DNA of 63,998 nt, counting the filler, from Perkinsus olseni (taxonomy: Eukaryota): assembly GCA_013115125.1 (NCBI GenBank). It is 4 parts of 4 records of this genome, joined end to end, with 100 filler letters (N's around TTAATTAATTAA, not from the genome) between each part and the next. Parts side by side here need not be neighbours in the genome. Positions count along the whole stretch, not along the records: positions 48,889 to 63,998 come from JABANN010000707.1; 3 more parts are not named here. One strand, written 5' to 3'. The position numbers and the translations under genes are program-made. Shown here one piece after another: positions 55,201-63,998 of the stretch (positions are counted from its first letter, which is position 1; each line of letters starts with the position of its first letter). Below the pieces are notes generated by a model. That model was not told the DNA's origin, did no database searches, and saw nothing but the letters and a program-made list of their open reading frames with translations.

Positions 55201-55812
55201 CCACATATATCAGGATACGTTTTCACTATTGATGGGCAACTTCTCGATGTGCATTGGAGTTTCACCCGGGATATGAAAAACACTAGTGAAACATTTCACA
55301 TTTCACTTCGCGAGATTCACATTTGCCCGGTGAGAAACGCGCAAAATACATGGGGTGTTTTTCACTCACGGTGTAAAACGCGGAGGAAATTCGCGTATAA
55401 CGCGAAGCTGCCACGCGTTTTTCGCGAATTTCGCGTTTTTCACTTGGCGAAAAACGCCACTTCACGTATTACGGGTGAAACTCCATTGCATCGGAGACAG
55501 AGAGTTGCCTCGTGAAAAATGTCAATTCTCGCCCTTCTCAGCTCAATTTCGAAGTGCTCAATAGCCGCAGGCCACATTTCGTATCTTTCTTGTTAGGCCG
55601 TACGTGAGACATTCCTTATTTGAACTCTGTGAGGACGAGTAGCACAAAAATGACTGCCTCCCTCCAAGATTCCTGTTAGGAGACAGATTCTGTCCACATC
55701 TACTATCTGCATGAGATTCATCCACGTAGAGGTCACCCACGTGCCTTCAATCATTACCTACATCTGTGACACTCGGTGGTGACTCGATCTCCTCGGTAGA
55801 GCTTAAAACCAT
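52222..55812 (-). CDS. Multi-exon coiled-coil hypothetical protein
   Basis: Minus-strand exon-like blocks MVLSSTEEIESPPSVTDV, TLETMRKEAADKYTSKVNE, YEKKLEQITAVADELHSQLIRERNRHEQE, IQAIKAEHATSIGEIRR and LRASLRETIELKEIVEKLL. Both ends are uncertain. Confidence 0.5.
55218..55521. mobile_element. Fold-back MITE-like element in an intron
   Basis: GGCAACT..CGATG..CATTGGAGTTTCACCCG (~55234-55268) is inverted relative to CGGGTGAAACTCCATTGCATCG..AGTTGCC (~55472-55509). The interior is rich in TTTCAC/GTGAAA. Confidence 0.6.
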
Positions 55813-56000
55813 GGGTTAAGTGAGTCACAGATTCACTACTCGTGACTGTTACTGACCGCTCGGCGGTCAAACCCAGGTAGCCCAGCAAAAATTCCTCTCG
55901 TCGCGAACTCCCCAGCTCCACGAAGCAGCTTTATTACTACGAAAAATCAACTGCTAGTATCCATCGAAACATCGCATTGAAGTTGGTTTGCTGTGATACT

Positions 56001-58597
56001 CTAGCCACAGTCAACGGTATCCATAGGAACATCAGGTTCATTATCTTGTAATCTTGCTTTCTTGCTGCTTCCCTCGACGCCTGAGTCTTCGCCACCCCAG
56101 ACTTCTCGGATGCTAACACTGAGCCTAGTCCTCTTGAGAAAGTCTTCAACGCTGCCGTCGGCATGGTGCGGGCGTTCCACCGAACCTTTCAGTATTGTAG
56201 GAACGCCGTGAAACTGACGAGGACATGATTCAGGTTCCTCATCTCCCCTAATGTTTATGATAAATCAATCATAAAACGTTGAAAACCGATGACCATACTG
56301 TGAAATACGGCAGGCCAACCATGAAAAGAATTCCCTCGATCACGATACACTGAAGTAATCGACGACAAAAAACTGTCGATGAAGCTGGAGTTCAAAGGAA
56401 ATGCTGTACGAATTACGATCGTAGCTTCCGCGAAACGGGGGGAGCGTTTCGCTGACTTTCAGAGGTTTTATCGCATATCATCCGTAGTGATTCCGAGCTT
56501 TCGACAACGAACGACGCTGTCAAAAATACACTGGTTGGTACACTTCAAATAGAACATTCATCTCAGCGACGTCGATAGCTTTCCCCCGAGCTCACCCACT
56601 GTCTGGCCTCCCTCGAGAGCAATAAAACATCACCGGAGTTGAACAAGATCGGCGCGGGGGTTATGCCGACCTTACTGTCACCGCCCAGAAGGAAGGTACA
56701 AGCCAAGCCGAGAGCTAGGATAACCTGAAGGGCTCATTATAGCATGCCTCATTGCCGAACGGTTTTGTCTGTTAGAATGCCGTTCGCCAACCTGCCGTTC
56801 GCTCCAGAACCGCAGTCGGAACACTCAGACACCGAACTCAGATGATAATATCGCTCGTCATTCACTTTTCCCCGAGGCTGCTCCTCACGAGAGCCGGTGG
56901 CAAGTGGACGACACCGGATGAATATTCCCCTCACCAGTGGTGAATGATCGCGCGCCTCGACATCATCTTTGTGACCTCCTAATCGATCACTTGATCGGTG
57001 ACTGTGAAAGAAGTTCACTAGAGCTGCCTGTGGCTGATAACCTGAAACGGCGTTCGCCGTTATGACAAAACCAAGCGGCCTTTCTCTACCGCCATCTGCG
57101 AGCCGGCTTCCGCAAATCTCATCAGCCGCTTTCAATGCGTTGTTATATATCTCACAAGCCCACCGGGGCATGTCTGAACATGGATGAGGCAGTGAAGAAA
57201 CAATAACAGAACAGCTACCGAAATGGAGGACAACTACCAAAATGGAGGATAACTCCCGATAAGAATCCAGAAACACTTCACAGCGAGAGGTTACGTTACA
57301 CGTTGAAGGCTCCTCAGAGAATTCTGATGGATCCAATGCTACTGAGCTCACTGCATGATAAACGTCCTAGCTTGCGAGCAATTTCGTGCAGGAATGGATT
57401 CGAAAAAAACCTATCTGGCGGCGGAAGTGGTAAGCTCATCGTGGACGCATACGGCGGATGGGCACCAAATACGAATACGCGAGCACTATTGCTTGCACAG
57501 GACTTCCCACACTGCTCGGCAGGAACGGAAAGCCGTGAAGCAGTCGAGTTTCCGTCATCCTCGCTCCATGTTGTAAGTTTATTCATAGAAGAAACTCCAC
57601 GATTTCATTCGATTCCCGCTCTGATGAGGAGCTGAGTGGGAATGCTAGTACCGAGCATACAATTCTCCCTACCGGATGTCGAAGTTCCTCGATAGGTACG
57701 CCGCGTCCAGTCGTAATGAACTCCAAGCGAAGACCATCGCAACTTGCGCAATAAGCAGGTATTCAGCCCGCTCCTATTCTCCCTGCACATCTGATCATAG
57801 AAAGAAAGATTCCAAACCTCGCAGGACGGAGTAGCCATTACCTGCTGGTACTCCTCGAACATGTCCGATCGTTCCTCATGAGTTGTTATGGGATCCAAGT
57901 TGGTGCTGTGAGGATCCGACACGCAGCGATGCAGTATCTAGGGCCGGAAAGATCTCGAGCAACGGAAATCGAGATCACAGGCATCATATTATGAGGACAG
58001 ATTCGAAGAGTGAGATATGGACGAATCATGAATTCAATACAGATGACCTCCATGGCCTCTTGGTCGCCTGGCAAAGTGGCCATTTACTCACCTCGGAAGT
58101 TATCTGTTCAACTTCATCATCACTCAAAAAGCTTCGCAAGAGAATCGCGGCTGACTGGCTGGGAGATATCGTACACGCTGAGATAACGATGCCCTTCAGA
58201 ACCAGAATGCGGAGCTCCGCTCAATCGAAAAAACAACGCCGGAATGGTCTAGTTGGTTATGACGATCGCCTCACACGCGATAGGACCCGAGTTCGACTCG
58301 CGGTTCCAGTATTCCACGAGGAGATATTGACAACCGATATCGACGACCCCGAACTCTGTCGAAACGCGCCCTACGGATTGATCTCGAATTCGATTCTGGT
58401 CATGCAAAACAAGAACATAGCTAACCCTCACCATTATGCTGACTAGCGAGGACATCTGCCAAGTCACCAGAACTCTCGCAGTCGATGAGTTGAAGGTGAG
58501 GGTTCACTCGACGTAGCGCCGCACGGACTTCCTCTACAGAAGAACATGGCCGCAAGACCCGCTCGACTTCTACGTAGCCAACATCAGCTCTGCACAT
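56001..58597 (-). CDS. ALKBH1: AlkB-family 2OG-Fe(II) dioxygenase, ALKBH1-like (multi-exon)
   Basis: LRKLRWSSLGVHYDWTRRTY, PQAALVNFF, LGGHKDDVE (HxD), LGLACTFLLGG, FNSGDVLLLSREARQW/FHGVP and RLSVSIRE (RxxxxxR). Confidence 0.9.
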
Positions 58598-60899
58598 GGT
58601 TGAACTAGGTAAGGATACAAGAACCGATCTCAAGAGGTCCCGGCTGTGGTGCTGGAAACTCAAGTACGACCAAGCAAAGTTAGAAACTCTCATGGGTCAC
58701 AAGACTGCACAATATTTCATTCGATTTTCTTCCTCGACTTCAATACATTGGCGAGCTCTCCAGCGAACAAGGGATGAGGCGCCATACCTAGTTCAATGTG
58801 AATGAGAATGCTAGATACAGGTTCATGTGCAGAGCCGGCCATATTTGTCAAAGATGTTTACCAGGGGTGGGACGAACATCGCGCAATGCTGTTGCAGTTT
58901 CCTTGGGAACGTAGGCCTCATCGAGAGAATGTAGATTATCCACTATCTGCCCATCGAGTACATTCCCGAGTTGCGCTACGGGAGACGGACCTCCTTTATC
59001 TTTTGCAAATATACATCTTCCAGCTGACGTCTCAAGCAGTTTTCGTTTTCCTCCAGCAGCTCACCAATCGTCTAAGGCAAAGCATGTCTCAAGTCCAGCG
59101 AACTCCAAGCTAGGATACGTATGGATGCAGCCGACTGAGTGGGATACCGCCCGCATAGCATCCTTCCCGGTGACAACCGCTCTTGCCCGACCTTCACTTG
59201 CGCTTCCTGGGTTAAGACAGGAGAGAGCCATGAAGCTGACCGACTTATCGCTGGAGTGTCGTTCGTCGCCGCGTTACGAGTCTAAGATTCAACAGCATAA
59301 AAACTCGAGAATGGTAATATCACGATCTGACCTTCCTTCGAGCTTCTGCCGCCAAGTGGAACTCCTCTTCGCCATCATCACCAGACACGGAGTGAGTCAT
59401 GCGACCAACAACTCGGCCATCGACTCGAATGCTGGAAAAGTTATGCATAGACTACCGGGCCATGAGCCCTCCGCGTGCGCTCTCAAGTGTCCCGCCCGTT
59501 ACGTTCGCCTACTCTGGTTTCCCGGCAGCCACAGCGAGTTCAATACGCTGCTCGGACCTCCAGAAATCCCCACTCGGGCCTGTAGTAGAGACAGGGAAGA
59601 TGTACACAATAAATGCCTGCCGATTCCAGTCGGCCCTCGTAGCGTCGGCGATTCCACCCGAGTCCCGGCGAGACCAATCATGTGGAAAACAACGGGGCGC
59701 GCTTGCCTTCATTGTGCACGAGGAATATCCCCGAAAAGCCATGCTGAGTTTCCCGAAGATATAAAGAAGATACTGCAGAAGGTCCGTGATACCTGCGACG
59801 CATGCAACTACGTCGATCCTCGGCACTATCCGCTTCGGTCAAGCTAAGATTTTCCCGACCATCCAAGCGCTTCACATCAACCACGACTCGGTACAAACAA
59901 CTAATGGGAGAGCATTCTCCTACTGAAGAACGTAATTGGCGGACAGCCGATCGAGCATAGACTCCAACTCGAGCAGAGGCGCATTGCTTGCTGTCGATAC
60001 ATCCACAGCTTGAGCTGCCACAGCCACGGGCTTCTCTGATGATACGATATAGTAGTCGTTGGTGCCCGGGTATCTGCCGAGCCAATTATACGGCAATGAC
60101 TGAGGTTCATGACGACTGTACGATGGCTCTCAACATTTATCAGCCCCCAAACTTCTCAGCGCGAGTTGCAGGCTGTACACCCTAGGATAAAAGACGCAAT
60201 TTCGACGACTTTCGAGTGTCCAATAGTCGAACGCGACGAACGCGGAGACTCAACAGTATCTTAGGCAAACTGTTCTTGAGCGCTCCCTCATGAACGCCCA
60301 AAAAACTTTTTTTCTATGGAAATCATTCGGCAGTGTAAAATTATCCTACAACGAGACGAACGGCTCCTACACTCCATCTCTCACGACCCTACAAGCGGCC
60401 TCACGGCGTTCCTAGTAACCGCCTCATGGATGCCCCTCGCTTATATGACCTGTAAACTGCTTCCGCCAGCTGATCACCTTCCGACTGGCCCGAATCGCGG
60501 TTGAACTGCGGATGGCATATAAAAGAGCTGCGCGTGTTGCCTGAGATGTACGTAGTAACGACGATAGTACAAGGTTGCTCAACAACCCATGTTAGGGTCA
60601 GTACTTTTTTATTTATTGTACCAATTTCTTCGTTATTTTATTTTATTTAATGGACCCATTTAGTCTTTTTTTTCTTTTTTACTTTTCGGAATATTTTTAT
60701 CCCGAGCAGAGTTAGGAATCTAAGCGCAGATTTACGCAGCTCACGCCATGCTACAAGAGTCCATAACCCCCACAGCGGCGCGCAACCCTAGCGGCGAGCT
60801 GTGTGTCTTCATAGGTCCATTCCTGCTCGTCACGAGGCTCTAAGATTTCACGCCGGGCTAACACGGCATTGATTTTGATCCTACTCGTGATCTTCCCAT

Positions 60900-63800
60900 C
60901 GTTACTTCCGAACTCTCGTACTCCTGAGCTCAAGATCCAGAGACGTCAAGTGAAAGTCAAAATCAACAACCAACGCAGGTTTCTCGCAGCAGGTTAACGT
61001 CTCGTCTGAACGCGAATTTCACGTGAGTGGCCGATATCTCTGCGGAGTGCCAGAGAGGAAACTCAAACGTTTATTTCTCTTTCTGCACATAGCGGCACAT
61101 TAAACGACGACACAATGATGAATTTCGCTTTTATGTAAGCCATTACCTTCACTCCTGTTCACGCTACAGATGAACCAGTCAGACCTCTCAGGAGACTTGC
61201 AGATCAGCCGACGCTGAAGAGAGCACCGAGATTCACGAGGAGGAATTCTACGAGAAACGGCATCGACTTTCCAAGCATTGCACGGGCGAACGCGCTTAGA
61301 GTCATGTGCATCCGCAAGTCGTAGAGTCTCCCGTGTTCGAGTCTAGATACGCCCTCCGCGGGGAAACATCAAAGGCTTACCAGGTCCAGGTCCAACTCCG
61401 AGCTCCGATCTGACGGCACGGCGAGCCGCATGAGTCGATCCGCCGCCCTCAGCTTGTGATACTCACCGTTATTCGTACCTTTCAAAGAATGGTCGAGCAG
61501 CGGAAAAAATCGACATACAACTTCGACGATACTCTGCGACTACTAGCCACACTCGTGATGCGCGCGACCGCACACACGGGACCAGAGAACCCGCAACTGC
61601 CCAACCCATATGACCGCGACCGCATACAAGAGCCAACCGGATATGCGCTCGTTAGTCCGGGCGCATGAAAGGTTGTAAAAGTTATGGATGATGAGTGGTA
61701 CTACGGTATCCTACTTCCGTGATCTTCCCCGTTCATCATGCTGAGCATCAGGCGAGAATCACGTGGTAAATGATCAAATCAAACTCAAGCTGCTTGCTCA
61801 TGATACGATTCAGTCCTCCTGCTTCATCAACGTTGAAAGTAAATTCGGCCAGTGGGAATTCCTCATGGCACTCAACCACTTCGTGTGTACCGTCCTCGCT
61901 CTTCAGAGGAGATCACAAAATTGTTCCGCGTCCTTACGCGCTCGAAAGCCATCACCCTGACCACTCTAGCCTTCCTCTCGAGCTCCTCTCTCCCACTCCC
62001 GGTAAACAACTCAATTCAACACTAGTCATGCAGAGACCCGACAGCATGGCTCGTATAGTACATGGATTCAGCCTCATTTCTTCCCCTAGCTTGCGCCATC
62101 ACAGTTGCATGAGGTGAGGATCTGAGGGTTTTCACCAATGCGAGGAGCACTTTTACAGTCTACGTCGGCATGTCGACAGACGCGACTCGCGTCACGCGAG
62201 GCGTAGGCCTCTCTCAAATTTCACGAGCTCTCACATGGAAGATGCTAAGCTCTTAAACACCCTCTGAGAGAGACCTCGTGAAACTTTTCAACTCGAACAC
62301 CCGATTATCAAATTCGAGACCCAAGCTTGGGTCTTGAATCGCGTTTCACGTGTGAATGTCAATTCTCAAAATGATTCCGAGAAGGTGCTACAGTGAAGCA
62401 ATCCTGTGTCTGCGGAATCACCATTAACGAGCAAAAATGAATCGTAGGACCCATCGTGAGCTCCAGAATGTGTTCGATAAACAACATCAGAGTTCTCCTA
62501 GTAACAATATAAAACCACTGATACGAAACTGCGCGTCGAGCGTGCTCACCTTGACCCCAGAACATCGATGGCCAAGACCATCTTCATAGTCCGATTCGCA
62601 GTCGCAGAACGAATTCCGTTTGAGCTGCTCACATGAGATCTCTTCTGAGTGCAGCTCGGGCAGCTCAGTAACTAACGCGGGCGGCTCAGAGTCCGAATGC
62701 TTTTACCGCCGAGAATAACTTGCTGATCGATCGAATTTCGTGATACTTCATCATCAGCACACTATGAGAGCACTCTTACCGCTCACGAGTCCTGAGTTGT
62801 CAGCAGACGAAGGTAAGTGTGCGCGAACATCAGCTAACGAGTCCGCGGAGCGACTCCAGTCTACCTGAGTCAATCAGCGAGCTGAGATATCTCTGCGGCG
62901 CTCTCAGCATTATTCTGATGGTGACATACGAAGCGAGATACCATAACCCCGCTTGCGTTAGAGAACGCATAGGTGGGTCTTCGGAGGACCCAATCTGCGA
63001 ATATCCCCCGTGCAAGAGCAATTTCGACGAGCCCTGTCATCGTTGGAATCCGTTCCGCGAACGCAATAGATGAGCTCCGAGCCGAACGGAATGCCCGAGA
63101 GAATTATATCGCCAATCGTATCCCTTGGCAATGGAAGACGGATGCTCTGGCATCAGCCCTCCTACGACCAGTGAACTTCACAGAATGCTCGAGCAAGCCA
63201 AAAAAACAATTCTTCGAGCGCTCGCGGGATTAATTTTGCTAACACGTAGCGCATCTCTGCAGCAGAGTCTCGATCGTCCGCTGGGTTTCATCAACGTGAA
63301 ATGGGAGCAGGAGCGTGCCAACCTGCAGGCCATCACCTTTCGTCGAGCTGGCTTGAAGTATCCCCTGCCACGCTTATCAACGTTGTCCCAATACCTAGAG
63401 TCATTCAAAAAAACAAATTGAGGCTAACGGCTCATACGAGTACCTCGATCTGAAGGCCCACTGGATGAACATAGGGACTAGCGAAAGCACCTGAGCTCAG
63501 CATTCGCTTAGGGGCACCTGGATGGCGCATTATCTCACGATGAGGACTGATATGAAGTATATTAAAATCGCGGAGCTCTGTGGTCTTGACCTCGGAGAGG
63601 ACATATGTTCGAGGGACGTTCAACTGTGAAGAGTCGCGACTCGCGACTCGTGACAGCGTCCGCGGCCAATCAGGACTTAGAGATGAGACTCGGACTGGCG
63701 GGAGTAAAGCTCACGCACACTGACCACTTGTTCAATAGGCCAGTGCAGGTTCTTGGAATTGCTTTTGAAATGGATTTTTAACGTGAACTGCGGCTCCAAA
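60900..63800 (-). CDS. Possible multi-exon hypothetical protein, partial
   Basis: Scattered protein-like minus-strand blocks (ELRDFNILHISPH, FHVDETQRTIETLLQRC, ELPELHSEEISCEQLK); no family recognised and boundaries unclear. Confidence 0.3.
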
Positions 63801-63998
63801 ATCGATCTTGAATATTGTAATTAGTTTACTGAGTATCCCTGGCAGTCTCGAGCGGGAAAGACTCTCCGTATCGCAATTTCTAACCTGACAAGCGAAGCGA
63901 AACCCGCATGGTCTCCTCCTCAGTCTGTTGTGACTCGTGCGAGTGTCCCGTACTAGCGCAACGCCAACGTGTCGCCAGTCAATGATATCAGTATGCAG

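Noticed and set aside
59125-60085. Overlapping ORFs of 105-240 aa
   Set aside because: No recognisable motifs, and the coding frame could not be determined.

Overview
Intron-rich eukaryotic (alveolate, Perkinsus-like by inference) genomic DNA. It consists of four contigs of about 16 kb joined by 100-nt N-linkers containing TTAATTAATTAA, so adjacency across the linkers is artificial. Contig 1: IGHMBP2/SMUBP-2 helicase (SF1 + R3H + AN1 zinc finger), WDR83/MORG1, an SDR and two paralogues of a secreted protein. Contig 2 is TE-rich: a Ty3/Gypsy leader relic; a 1.9-kb segment bounded by 32-bp palindromic direct repeats that holds a Mutator-like MITE and a possible mini CwfJ-like ORF; and a cytochrome P450 interrupted by an intact 1795-aa Ty3/Gypsy gag-pol, which carries a nested 1.3-kb TRIM. 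Contig 3: a tightly packed co-directional array of NSF/Sec18 (with an intronic tRNA-Val), an ING-like PHD protein and ATG18/WIPI. Contig 4: a tRNA-Lys plus an anticodon-shifted copy, a mucin/EGF-like membrane protein, a coiled-coil gene and ALKBH1. The most striking unexplained signal is a ~1-kb, GNRA-rich, G-U-containing, pseudoknotted RNA-like structure inside a 1.3-kb ATG18 intron. Exon boundaries were read by eye, and CDS coordinates are gene spans.
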